From contig NC_083420.1 of NCBI RefSeq assembly GCF_020745735.1, positions 23,994,001-24,058,000 on the forward strand: DNA of 64,000 nucleotides, written 5' to 3'. Both the position numbers and the translations under genes were made by a program. The stretch comes from Hemiscyllium ocellatum. Lineage: Eukaryota. The first letter of the stretch is position 1, and each line of letters begins with the position of its first letter. Under the pieces are notes generated by a model. That model was not told the origin of the DNA. It saw only the letters and a program-made list of their open reading frames with translations, and did not search any database. Positions 52,401-64,000 of this stretch are shown here, in pieces.

Positions 52401-53460
52401 CAGGAAGCAGAGAGTTAGATTAAACCGATCCTTTTTGGGGTGCAGGCAGTGACAAGTGGGTGCCTTAGGGTTCAGGGCTGTGATCCCAGCTGTTAACAAT
52501 ATATATTAATGATTTGGACGAAGGAATTGAAAGCAATATCTCCAAATTTGTAGATGACACTAAGCTGGGTAGTGCTGTGAGGAGGATGCTAAGAAGCTAC
52601 AGCGTGACTTGGACAAACTGGCTGAGTGGCCAAATACTTGGTAAATGCAATATAATGTGGATAAATGTGAGGTTATCCACTTTGGTCGCCAAAACAGGAA
52701 AGCAGATTATTATCTGAATGGTGGCAGTTTGGGAAAAAGGTGAGGTGCAACAAAATCTGGGTGTCATGTGGCACAGTCGCTAAAGGTTGGTGTGTAGCAG
52801 GCAGTGAGGAAAGCCAACGGCATGCTGGCCTTCATAGCAAGAGGATTTCAGAGTATCAGAGTAAGGGTGTCTTGCTGCAGTTACACAGGGCCTTGGTGAG
52901 GCTACATCTTGATACTGTGTGCAGTTTGATCTCCTAGTCTGAGGAATGATATTCTTGCTACTGAAGAAATCTAGCAAAAGTTCACCAGACTAATTCCCGG
53001 GATGGCAAGACTGAAATGAGGAAAAACTGGACAGACTCGGCTTGTATTCGCTGGAATTTAGAAAAATGAGGGGGGTGGGGGTGGGGGGAATCTCAGACGT
53101 ACGTAAAATCCTGATGGGCCTGGACAGGCTAGATATGGGAAAAAATGTTCCCAATGTTGGGAAAGTCCAGAACCAGAGGTCACAGTCTAAGAATAAGGGG
53201 TAAGCCTTTCAGGACTGAGAGGAGGAAGAATTGCTTCACTGCGAGTCATGAACCTGTGGAACTCTCTCCCACAGGAAGCTGTTGGGGCTAGTTCATTAGA
53301 AATATTCAAGGAGGAATTGAACACGTCCCTTGTGGCTAAAGGGATAAAGGGGTATGGAGAGAGGGTGGGAATGAGATACTGAGATTACATGATCAGCCAT
53401 GAGCGTAATGAATGGTGGTGCAAGCTCAAAGGGCTCCACTCCTGTACCTATTTTCCATAT
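49445..53460 (+). mobile_element. Near full-length decayed CR1 LINE (SGNH-esterase ORF1, endonuclease, RT)
   Basis: IGDS, VCCIPGA, VVVHKGTN ORF1 motifs; KSPGPD, AFDKVPH, SKFVDDTKL RT motifs; many stops. Confidence 0.88.
50500..50805 (-). mobile_element. tRNA-derived SINE nested in CR1
   Basis: Full family sequence on minus strand. Confidence 0.85.
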
Positions 53461-55486
53461 TTCTCAAACCACAGCTAAAGTTTTAAACTGGTACTTTTCT
53501 TTTCATTGTTAAACAGACTTTGAAAGCAATATTGGTTTTACATTCTACTTTCTTGTTCCTTGTCTCAAAAAGCATCATAGAAGTTAATTTCTAATTTTGC
53601 TCTTTCTTACAGTGACCCTAAGTAGATGCAAGGCTGACCAGCCCACATTACTGGATAGCCTGCATCCTAAGGTGTGCAAAAGAAAATTTACTACATTCCA
53701 TAAGGGTGTCAGTGGTTTGAAGAATAACAAATGTAATACCTTTATACAAAAGAGAGAGGAGGGGGAGGTGGGGAATGCTGAAGGCAGAAAATTTAAGGCT
53801 CATTAGCCTAGCATTCCCTGCCATAAGGAAGCTGCTAGAATCCATTCTTGAGGGGATTGTAGTAGGATGTTTAGGAAATCATGATTTGATCAATATAGCA
53901 CTGTGAACTGGAAAACATATTCAGCTAATTTATTAAGAGTTTTTCAGAAAATAACATACACAGTAGCTAGGGGGAGAACCAGTAGATATTTCAAAAAAAT
54001 TTGTTAAATGTCATATCATAGATTGCTGTACAAGATGAGGGGTGGGAATTCGACAGCATGTCAGCAAACTTAATCTTTTTCAGATTGGCAAGTTTTCACT
54101 AGTGAAGTGCAGTAGGGTGTCTGCTGGGGCACAACTATTTACAATTTCTCTAGTGATAGGTTTTGTGTTTATTTCCTCTCCATCTTTGGCCCCTTGATTT
54201 AGTATTTTTGAAATGTTATTAGAATCCTTTACCATCACAACTGATGCAAAATACACGTTCAATTCCTCACCAACTTCTTGGTTCTCCACTTTTCTCCAAT
54301 TTCTAAATGCCCTATGTTTACTTTTGCCTTAAGTTGCCTGTTCAGGGATGTGTAGGTTAGGTGCATTAGTCAGGGGTAAATGTAGAGTAATTGGGTAGGG
54401 GAATGGGTTTGAGTGGGATATTCTTCAGAAGGTCAGTGTGGATTTGTTGGGCTGAAGGCTTGTTTCTACACTGTAAGGATTCTACGATTCAAGCACTCTC
54501 TTACTGCCTGTTTTTACATTTCTTGCTAATCCACCTACTGCACATCCCTGGACACTACAAGACAATTTAGCAGGGTGAATAATCTGCACATCTTTGGACT
54601 GTGGAGGAAACTGGAGAATCAAACGGAAACCCATGCAGACACTGAAAGAACATGCAAACTCCACACAGAAACACACAGGGCTGGAATCAAACCTGAGTCC
54701 CAGCACACGAGGCATCAGTGCTAAGCACACTGCCACTATGCCACACTGACTTATGCCTTGTAGTTGGTGGACATGCTTTGGGAGACACAAAGTGAATTAC
54801 CTACTGCAGACTTGACTCAATAGCCAAGTATTTCCATAGCTCAGCCAGTTCAATAATAATGCCATTGAATCTCAGTGGGAGATGGTTACTGCCCAACACT
54901 TGCCACTTATGAGCCCAAACTTGAATGTTGTTCAGGTATCCATGTGCAGCAAGACAAAGTGATTCAGTATTTGAAAGATGCAAACTGTACAATGTTCTGC
55001 ACTATCAGCAGCAACCATCCCCACTTCTGACTTTATGATGGAGGGAAGCTCAGTGATAAAGCAGCAGCAGATGGTCAGGCCTCAGATACCCGAGGTGTAC
55101 CTATAGTAATAGGACAAAGATGGCAATCATGGCCACCTTTGTGTTACGCATGACTCTAACCAGTGGAGAGATTCCACCACCCCTGCAATTGAATCCAGCT
55201 GTGTTAGTGCTTCCTAATACACAAATATTACCTTGATGTCAAGAACAATTGCTCTCACCTCAACATAACTAAATCTATTAATGATAAACCACAGTTTAAC
55301 AAAAGACGTAAAGATGTTTGACAATTTTGCTACTCCAAGACTATTATTACTGAAATAGAAATACAAAATTCGAGGTTCTGTCTCTCTCTCTCCTGCACTG
55401 TCCTCACCACGTGCTTCCTTTGTCTGTTCTTCTCCCTTTTAAAACTGCTGTTGTTTTGACTTTTTTTTCCCCAAAGTTCCAAAACA

Positions 55487-56718
55487 ATGTGCATGGGAAA
55501 TTATGTCTCACAAACTTCATTGAGTTTTTTGAAGAAGTAACAAAGAGACTTGATGAGGGCAGAGCAGAAGATGTGATCCATATGGACTTCAATAAGGTGT
55601 TCCCCATGGGAGACTGATTAGCAAGGTTAGATCTCATGGAATACAGGGAGAACTAGCCATTTGGATACAGAACTGGCTCCAAGGGAGAAGACAGAGGGTG
55701 GTGGTGGAGGGTTGTTTTTCAGATTGGAGGTCTGTGACCAGTGGAGTGCCACAAGGATCGGTGCTGGGTCCTCTACTTTTTGTCATTTACATAAATAATT
55801 TGGATGTGAGCATAAGAGGTACAGTTAGTAAGTTTGCAAATGACACCAAAATTGGAAGTGTAGCAGACAGCGAAGAAGGTTACCTCAGATTATAACAGAC
55901 TCTTGACCAGATGGGCCAATGGGCTGAGAAGTGACAGATGGAGTTTAATTCAGATAAATGTGAGGTGCTGCATTTTGGGAAAGCAAATTATACACTTAAT
56001 GGTAAGGTCCTAAGGAGTGTTGCTGAATAAAGAGGCCTTGGAGTGCAGGTTCATAGCTCCTTGAAAGTGGAGTTGCAGGTAGATAGGATAGTGAAGGCGG
56101 CAGTTGATATACTTTCTTTTGTTGGTCAGACTATTGAGTACAGGAGTTGGGAGGTCATGTTGCAGCTGTACAGGACATTGGTTAGGCCACTGGTGGAATA
56201 TTGCATGCAATTCTGGTCTCTTTCCTGTTAGAAAGATATTGTGAAACTTGAAAGGGTTCAGAAATGGTTTACAAGAATGTTGCCAGGGTTGGAGGATTTG
56301 AGCTACAGGGAGAGGCTGAAGAGGCTGGGGCTGTTTTCCCTGGAGCGTCAGAGGCTGAGGGGTGACCTTATAAAGGTTTACAAAATTATGAGGGGCAGCG
56401 ATAGGGTAAATAGGTAAAGTATTTTCCCTGGGGTCAGGGAGTCCAGAACTAGAGAGCATAGGTTTAGCGTGAGAGAGGCAAGATATAAAAGAGGCCAAAG
56501 GGGCAACTTTTTCACACAGAGGGTGGTACATGTATGGAATGAGCTGCCAAAGGAAGTGGTGGAGGCTGGTACAATTGCAACATTTAAGAGGCATTTGGAT
56601 GGGTATATGAATAGGGAGGGATATGGACTGGGTGCTGGCAGGTGGGACTAGATTGGGTTAGAATATCTGGTCGGCATGGACCGAAGGGTCTGTTTCCATG
56701 CTGTACATCTCTATGTCT
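55487..56718 (+). mobile_element. CR1 LINE RT and 3' end
   Basis: CLTNFIEFFEEVT, SGVPQGSVLGPLLF, SKFANDTK. Confidence 0.9.
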
Positions 56719-57203
56719 ATCAGCTGGATCGTATATCGAAATAACCTTTACAATGTCAATGTCAAATCCCTACGTAGGTAGTAGTGGCTGCATTTCGTGA
56801 TTTTGAACATAAAACAAATTACTTTTTATGAAAACACAATTTACAAAACATATTATAGAATAGGAGGACAGTGTTTCTGACTGTTTTAACCGAACAGACA
56901 GGTTGGAGTCTCAAGTCTAGCCAGTGGATGACCTTCAGCAACCTCCTAGCACCAGCTTCACAAAGCGGCTTCCCCGGTATTCGGGTTCCAGACCGACTGG
57001 ACACACCGAGGGTCAGTATTGGCTTGGGACCGAGACCACACGCGAGTAGGCGCTGAAATACCGAGGGGCCGCTCCTACCCGAGCAGAGGCCTGCACCGTA
57101 CCAGAATCACCGGTCACTTACAATCTGCAGGACTAAAGACACGGGACCGAGCGCTTCTCCAGTAAGCAACATATTCCGTGAAGATCTGAACCGAGACACT
57201 TAC

Positions 57204-57236
57204 AAGGTTTGCGAGTGTAGAATTCACCCTCCTCAT
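57204..57236 (-). CDS. UQCRC2: UQCRC2 exon 1 (mitochondrial presequence); cytochrome b-c1 complex subunit 2, 14 exons, 1368 nt, 455 aa
   Basis: ATG...MRRVNSTLANL|GTAAGT, 33 nt, phase 0, in a CpG-rich region. Confidence 0.9.
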
Positions 57237-57254
57237 CGTCTCCGCCGGAGCTCT

Positions 57255-57390
57255 GACCCCCACAATATGGCGGCTCACCAGCTTCCAGACTTGAGACCTA
57301 CACAATATGGCGGACCATCAGTGACCTGATGTGCCCTACACAATATGGCGTCCACCAATCATCAGGTTTGTGACCTACACAATGTGACAA
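57255..57390. promoter_or_regulatory. UQCRC2 proximal promoter with ~39-bp spaced YY1-like motifs
   Basis: CACAATATGGCG at 57261, 57301, 57339; decayed fourth copy at 57378. Confidence 0.65.
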
Positions 57391-57579
57391 CAAACCTGTG
57401 ACTACTTTTAATAAAACGAGACAACATGAATACATTGAATTCATAGTTTCAGTCAATATAGCAATTTGACAAGTGTGCAATAGATTACTAAAACTGCAAA
57501 GTTACCGAACCTAAAAACAAATACTTTAACCTTGTCTAAAAGTAAAATACTGCTGTTGATGGAGATTAAAAACAGAAAT

Positions 57580-57860
57580 TTATAGAATCCCTACAGTGTT
57601 TTCAGCCAACAAGTCTGCACAATCCTTCAAAGAACATTTCATCCAGATCTGCCCCACTCTATCCCTGTAACCCTGTAACCCTGCCTTTCCCACAGCCGCT
57701 CTACCAATCTGCACATTCCTGGAGACTATTGACAATTTAGCATGGCCAATCCACCTAGCCTTGGATTGTGTTGGCTCCACATAGACGGTCACATGGGTGG
57801 TTTTGAACCCAGGTCCCTGGCACTGTGAGGCATCCATGCTAACCACTGAGCCTCCATGTC
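57580..57860 (-). mobile_element. tRNA-derived SINE
   Basis: Family head and core on minus strand. Confidence 0.75.
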
Positions 57861-58511
57861 ACTCCAAGAGAAACTTAGCAACTCTGGCAGCATCTGTGGA
57901 GAGAAAGCGGATTTAACATTTCAAGTTCAATGACAATACAGAACCATGAAATGCTACCAGTTATGTGCTGTGCAGTCCGGGTGGAAGCCCAGCCACAGAG
58001 ACAGTGGTGGAATGTGGAGGGTGGGTACTAGTGCTATGAAGTTCCTGGAGGTCATGAGCTAGATGGATAAGAGACTTCAGTCTCTAACAACAGCATAAAT
58101 CCCAACACACTTCCATCTCTCTTCAGTTCTTAAGACGATTCACATTGGATTCAAATTCAATCTGTTTCTCTCCACAGATGCTGCTAGACCTGCTGACATG
58201 TCAAAACTTCAACATGTTAATAACTGAATTGAATGAAGCAGCAATAACTATTTCTGGAATAAATTGTTTCTGGAGCTGAAATGGATACGGACAAACTGTT
58301 ACAAAGAAATTAAAAGCAATGTGCAATTAAGCATTTCTGGGAATAAACAACATAAACAGGCTGTTTCCTCGGAAAGAGGAGATAACACTGTTTTGTGACA
58401 AATGGGAAATTAACTCTGCCTGCAAAAGGAATGTTCTGAAGTAAAGGGGTTAATTGCAGGGGAAAAAACTGATTTTAAACAGACAGCTAACTCAATTGTA
58501 ACAAGGAAGCT

Positions 58512-58765
58512 AGATTGGATTACTTACAGTGCAGAAACAGGCCCTTTGGCCCAACAAGTTCACACCGACCCTCCGAAGAGCAACCCACCCAGACCCATTC
58601 CCCTAACACTAGGGCAATTTAGCATGGCCAATTCAGCTAATCTGCACATTTTTGGACTGTGGGGGGAAACCCATACCGACACAGGGTGAATGTACAGCCT
58701 GAGGTGAGAATTGAACCCAGGTCTCTGGGAGGCAGCAATGCTAACCACTGTGCCACCATGCCACT
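58512..58765 (-). mobile_element. tRNA-derived SINE
   Basis: Family head, core and tail on minus strand. Confidence 0.8.
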
Positions 58766-59148
58766 CAGCTACTTCTGCTGAGAAGTCAAACTATAGACTC
58801 AAAGTCTTCAGAAGTGTAACCAATGTTAGAGATGAAAGAATATATTGAATCATCAATAATGTCACACCACAGACTTGAATGAGAGAAAATCATACAAGAA
58901 TCCAAATCCAGAACAACACAGTGGCAGAACTTCCAAGGACAACACTGCCCAAGGATTGAACGCTGTACTTCTAGAGACAGGTACTGTTGGTTAGAATCCT
59001 GGCTAATTTTCTCCATTAATCCGTTCTTAATTCTTCTACCAATAAATTCCTTAAAGATAAATTAGATATTTTGTTGCTGATACTTTGTGTCCATTCTCAA
59101 TAAAGTGAGCTCTCGATGGCTAAAGCTTTCATTTGTTCATCTGTAAAC

Positions 59149-59305
59149 CTTTGCTATAAATTCTGTGTCTTACAATTGTGTACTCCACAACCACCTGATG
59201 AAGGAGCAGCGCTCAGAAAACTAGTGCTTTCAATTAAACCTGTTGGACTATACCCTGATGGTGGTGTGTCATTTTTAACTTTGTACACTCCAGTCCAACA
59301 ACGGT
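59149..59305 (+). mobile_element. Solo Penelope pLTR with near-intact hammerhead motif
   Basis: CCACCTGATGAAGGAGCAGCGCTCAGAAAACTAGTG followed by the family tail. Confidence 0.78.
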
Positions 59306-59339
59306 ATAGTGTCTTTGAATCATGGCTTTCATTTGTAAT

Positions 59340-59760
59340 TGATACATCCCAGCGGAGGTGGCGCTGTGAGCCTCCAAAGCCAGTGATAACAGGTAGGTTT
59401 GCTCTTGCCCCAGCTGTCCCGTTGGTGATAGCGGTGTAGCCGGTTATAGTGAGAATCGTGAGTGCGGCGCTCGGTGTTCGGGTTTGTCCTCCGTGAAGCG
59501 GCAGCTGAGGGGACAGCGAGAAGTCGTTTGCGAACTCGGATCACCTGAAGAGGGAGATGGTAAGTGAATAATAGATTGAGGGAGGGAGGCCGGCCGCCAG
59601 TCCATCCGTCCGTCCCGCGTGTGGAAGCTGCAGGCCCCGGGTCACATTTCCTCCGCAGCGGCCACGGGAGGCAGAGCCTGCCGCAGCCGGCTGATGCCCT
59701 GAGCCCCGTGAGCCTGGATTAACGGCTTTGCAGCTTCTGTAGAACCGTGTGAGCTCCCCT
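59340..59760 (+). promoter_or_regulatory. SNU13 CpG-island promoter / 5' UTR
   Basis: CpG-rich stretch around the ATG-only exon. Confidence 0.7.
59557..59559 (+). CDS. SNU13: SNU13 exon 1 (ATG only)
   Basis: GAGATG|GTAAGT; exon 2 starts in phase 0 at codon 2. Confidence 0.88.
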
Positions 59761-61306
59761 CCTGCTCCTTATTTCTCTAAACCTGGGGGTGGGCGGGAGG
59801 AGGTGGCTGACATCTTCGGGCCCTGTTGACAACCTGGTGGGGAATTACATGTGCGACACTCGTGGAGACCAATCCGCCCATCATCTCGGTGCTGGCCAAG
59901 AGAGAACCCACCCAACCTCTCTTTCCAGCTTTTCGCCCAAGGCCGCTGCGATAACATTGTCTCCAGGGTTATCCCCAAATCCGGTTTAAACATTTCTATC
60001 ACGGGACATTATTTAGAAGTGCCAGTGTTGGACTGGCGTGGACAAAGTTAAAAATCTCTCAACGCCACCCCATCACCTGATGTGATTTTTTTTGACATTG
60101 GTTTTAAAAAGTAGCGCGTGTTTAGCGATGCTCTGCCTGGAGGCAGATCCAGTCGTGCCTTTCAAAAGGGACCTGAATAATAAGAACCCAAAGAAATAAG
60201 TAAAGATGATTTTGTGTGATCAAGAATCTATCGATCTCAGCCTTAAATATGCACAAGGACTCTGCTCCCACAACTCTCTGTGGCAAGGAGTTCCGAAGAG
60301 AGAATTCTTAAAGAAATTCCTCCTCGTTTCAGTCTTAAATTGGTACCCTTTAACTCTGATTTATGTCCTCTGGTCCCTGACACTCCCATGAAGGGAAACA
60401 TCCTCTCAGCAGCTACCTTGTCATGCCCTTAAAAATCCTTCGTTTCACTGAAATCACTTCTCATTCTTTTAACTCCAGTGAATAATGACCAACCTGTTCA
60501 ACCTTTGCTGATAAGACAATCTCTCCATACTGGGGATCACCCGAGTGAACCTTCTGTGAACTGTCTCCAATGAAGTAATATTTTCTCTTAAATCTTGCCA
60601 GAAGGTAGAAAATGGTAGAGCTGTGGGTAAAGGCCAAGAAGTTGGACTGGCAAAGTTGCTCTTGTAGGGAACTGTGTGAATATAGCAACCTGTGTAACCA
60701 TTCGTTTGATGCCTCCTTTCAAATAATTATGGACCCTGCTACCCTCTGGATTGATTATTATGGAGCAATACAATTCCATGTCCCTTTTATAATTTCTTAA
60801 TATACTTTATCATAGGATCACACAGTATAAAAGAGGCCCTTAGAGTCTGCATTAAGCTACTTTAAATCTAACACACACTTCCAGCACTTGGCTGATGGCC
60901 TTGATGTTTTGACATTTCGAGTACTTTAATGAAGGTTGAGATGTTTCCTGTTTCCACCCTCCCAAGTAGTGGATTTTTACCACCCTCTGGGTGAACTTTC
61001 CTTCCTAAAACCCCCTCTAAACCATCTGCTTTTCACCTTTAAAATTATACTCCCCTTGATAGAAATTTTCCACTCAGTCTGTTCACAGCTGTTATTACAC
61101 ACCTGGAGCAGGTTGAACTTGAATCTGAGCTTCCTGGCCCAGAGTTAGACATGCCACCACTGCAATGGAATGGCCCAATGTCCCTTTGTTATTGACCCTT
61201 CAACTAATTGAAATGACTCTTTCTATCTTTGTGCATGCCCCTCAATCTTTTATGCGCTTCAGTCAGGTCCCTCCCCAGTCCTGTCTGTTCCCAAGAGAAC
61301 AGCCCT

Positions 61307-61582
61307 GGCACGAGGCTAGCACTGCTGCCTGACAGCTCCAGGGTCCCAGGTTCGATTCCAACTGTCTGTGTGGAGTTCGCACATTCTCCCCATGTCTATG
61401 TGGGTTTCCTCCCACGGTCCAAAGATGTACAGGTCAGGTGAATTGGCCATGCTAAATTGCCCATAGCGTTTGATGCATTAGTCAGAGGGAAGTGGGTCTG
61501 GGTAGGTTACTCTTCGGAGGGTCGGTGTGGACTGGTTGGGCCGAAGGGCCTGTTTCCACACCTTAGGGAATCTAATCTAATC
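61307..61582 (+). mobile_element. tRNA-derived SINE within CR1 remnants of SNU13 intron 1
   Basis: Family head, core and AATCT tail. Confidence 0.85.
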
Positions 61583-62604
61583 TATCCTGCCTCTTAGTTG
61601 AAATGTTCCTTCCCAGGCAACATCCTGGCGAATCTCCTTTGCACTACTTCCAATGCAGTCATATCCTTCCTATAATGTGGTGGCCAGAACTACACACAGT
61701 CCTCCAACTGTAGCCTCATTAAAAGTTTTGTACAGCTCCATGACTGGAAGGCAAGTGTCCTGAATGTCTCCTTAACTGTCCCCAGTAGGGATCTGTTCCT
61801 GCCTGCTTCCTGCCATTCAGTGTGTACTCCTTTGTCTTGCTACTACTTCCAAAGTGCATCGCCTCTTTTTTTTTATAATTAAGTTCCATCAGTCCATCTG
61901 AACAGTCTGCCTATATCCTCCTGTAACCCAACACCACCCTCCTCAGTCAATTTTTGTCAGTTATACAATATGGAAACAGACACTTCAGTCCAACATGTCC
62001 ATGCCAATGAGATCCTAAATTAGTCTGGTTGCATTTGGCCCATGTCTCTCTCAGCCTTTCCTGTTCACATCCAAATGTCTCTTAAATGTTGTAACTGTAC
62101 CTGCATCTACCACTTCATCAGCAGTTAATTTTACACAAGAACCACTCTGTGGGGGCACATATTGCCTCTTGGGTCCTTTTCTAAATCTTTCCCTTCTCAC
62201 CTTAAAAAAAAAAGCCTTCTAATTTCAAACCTCCCCACCCTAGGGAAAAGACCTTTTGCTATTCACCTTTGTCTATAGAGTCATAGAGATGTACAGCATG
62301 GAAACAGACCTTTTGGTCCAACTTCTCTTCAAGGTCATCCAGCCTCTTCTTATAACGGACTCTTCTCTCTTCCTTACCCCTTCTCTCCCCTCTTTCCCCC
62401 CCCCCCCCCCCCCCCCCCAGGGTCCTGGTAACATCCTTTTTAAATCTTTTCTGCACCCTCTATGATTTAATATCTTTAGCATTTTGTCATCGATAAATAG
62501 AGGGATAGTAAATTTTCACTTAATCTTTTGTATATATCATGAACAATGGGTCTGGGTATAGTATATATTTAGATCTAACAAATGCAACTTTTTTTTCAAT
62601 GTAG

Positions 62605-62725
62605 ACGGAGCAAGACGTTAACCCTAAAGCATATCCTCTCGCGGATGCCCAGCTAACAAAGACAATTCTAGACCTTGTGCAGCAAGCTGGGAACTATAAA
62701 CAGCTTCGAAAAGGAGCTAATGAAG
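62605..62725 (+). CDS. SNU13: SNU13 exon 2
   Basis: [40 protein letters not shown]; 121 nt. Confidence 0.97.
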
Positions 62726-62979
62726 GTACTTTAAAGTTCCTAAGTACAGTGTGCATATTAAAGCAATTAGATTACTTATAATTGATATTCCATCAGCTCT
62801 TTGAGAAGTTCACAAGGGAATCGAAAGTACTGGCTGTGGGTTTATCATTAGGTTTAATTTGGAGGAGGTGGTAGCAGTTTCTTTACACAACTATACAGAG
62901 GGAGGGATGGAGTTCTTCCTTTGCCTTTGTCCTCACTCTCTCTAAGCCATAGAGAATTAATAGAAATCTGTCTTTGCAG

Positions 62980-63242
62980 CCACCAAGACCTTGAACAGAG
63001 GAATTGCTGAATTCATAGTGATGGCTGCTGATGCTGAACCATTGGAGATTATTCTTCACTTACCTCTTCTCTGCGAAGACAAAAATGTGCCTTACGTTTT
63101 TGTAAGATCTAAACAGGCTCTGGGCCGTGCATGTGGTGTGTGTCGGCCTGTCATTGCATCCTCTGTCACCATAAAGGAAGGCTCTCAGCTGAAACCACAG
63201 ATTCAGTCTGTTCAACAGGCAGTTGAACGTTTACTGGTTTGA
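62980..63242 (+). CDS. SNU13: SNU13 exon 3 (15.5K/NHP2L1, L7Ae family; 128 aa total)
   Basis: [42 protein letters not shown]...ERLLV*. Confidence 0.97.
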
Positions 63243-63393
63243 GTTGACGTGACAGTCAGTGGAATATTCAATGGCTGAACAGGAATGGCTTCAAACCATC
63301 AGTCATGTACATTCCACTTTTTTTCTAAGATGCTTTTGAACATTGTGGAAGGATTGTTCAAAGGGTGCATTTATAATCTACTTTAATTTCTTA

Positions 63394-63399
63394 AATAAA
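63394..63399 (+). terminator. SNU13 poly(A) signal
   Basis: AATAAA ~150 nt after the stop, followed by GT-rich sequence. Confidence 0.65.
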
Positions 63400-64000
63400 A
63401 GTGCTTTGTCTGAACACTGTCTAATGTGTATACGTCTGAAAATTCTTTCAAATGCTGGACTGGCATTGTAGAACAGAACTCTCTTCTAACTTTAGATGGT
63501 AGCAAAGGTCAGGTAAATTTGTCTTTCCATCAATGTAAGCTTTTCTTATCTTGCCTTTCACCTAATACCAGTTTTTGATGGAGATGTAATAAGTTGGATT
63601 TCTTCCAGGGATGTAGATGTTAATGGCATGGTCAATTATTTGTCTATCCCTAAATTAGTCAGATGTACAGCACAACAGACTGATTCAAATTATCCATACC
63701 AACAGGATATTCTAAATTAATCTAGTCCTGTTTGCTAGCATTTGGCCCATATCCCTTTTAAACCCTTGCCGTTCAAGTACCCATCCAGCTAATAGTCAAA
63801 ATTGGCCTTCCTCTACTTAAGAGATCAGGTTTATTCTTTTCCATAACTATTAAAAACTAAGTTATAATCACTAGTCCAAGGTGCTCATCCACTACCACCT
63901 CAGTCACTTGCCCTGCCTTCTTTGCAAAGAGTAGGTCAAGCTTGAAGGTTTGTTTTCAGACACTTCACCATACTAGGTAAGTGAGCCTCCAGTGTGGCCT

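Noticed and set aside
57255-57390. Repeat-spacer pattern resembling a mini CRISPR array
   Set aside because: Repeat is only ~12 bp, matches a YY1 motif and lies in a vertebrate promoter.
59350-59366. CTCF-like AGGTGGCGCTG near the SNU13 promoter
   Set aside because: Only the 3' part of the motif matches; not supportable without a matrix scan or ChIP.
62396-62418. Long poly-C run
   Set aside because: Simple homopolymer in a CR1 remnant; length may be a sequencing artefact.
63005-63036. CUGA...GUGAUG box D/C-like K-loop in SNU13 exon 3
   Set aside because: Flanking stem does not pair well and the motif is explained by the codons for AEFIVM.

Overview
Vertebrate nuclear DNA, most likely a shark (inferred from tRNA-derived V-SINE/HE1-like and Deu-type SINEs plus abundant CR1 and Penelope-like elements). 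Four protein-coding genes are supported by translation and GT-AG phase matching: MOSMO coding exon 1 (minus, 164-269, gene runs off the left edge), PDZD9 (plus, ~4415-32419, first exon tentative), a complete 14-exon UQCRC2 (minus, 33340-57236, 455 aa) and a complete 3-exon SNU13 (plus, 59557-63242, 128 aa). Most other sequence is decayed retroelements. The most interesting non-genic signal is a set of Penelope-type terminal repeats carrying minimal hammerhead ribozyme motifs in at least three sequence families with covarying stems. One family has a U3-A8 core in place of C3-G8. Several occur as ~200-250 bp fold-back mini-elements flanked by target-site duplications inside host introns. Other oddities: a decayed local copy of MOSMO exon 1 inside a CR1, a 3x94-bp promoter repeat, a YY1-motif repeat in the UQCRC2 promoter, back-to-back poly(A) signals of PDZD9/UQCRC2, and stop-introducing alternative acceptors in SNU13 intron 2. 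All calls were made by eye; no searches or folding programs were run, and repeat boundaries are approximate.
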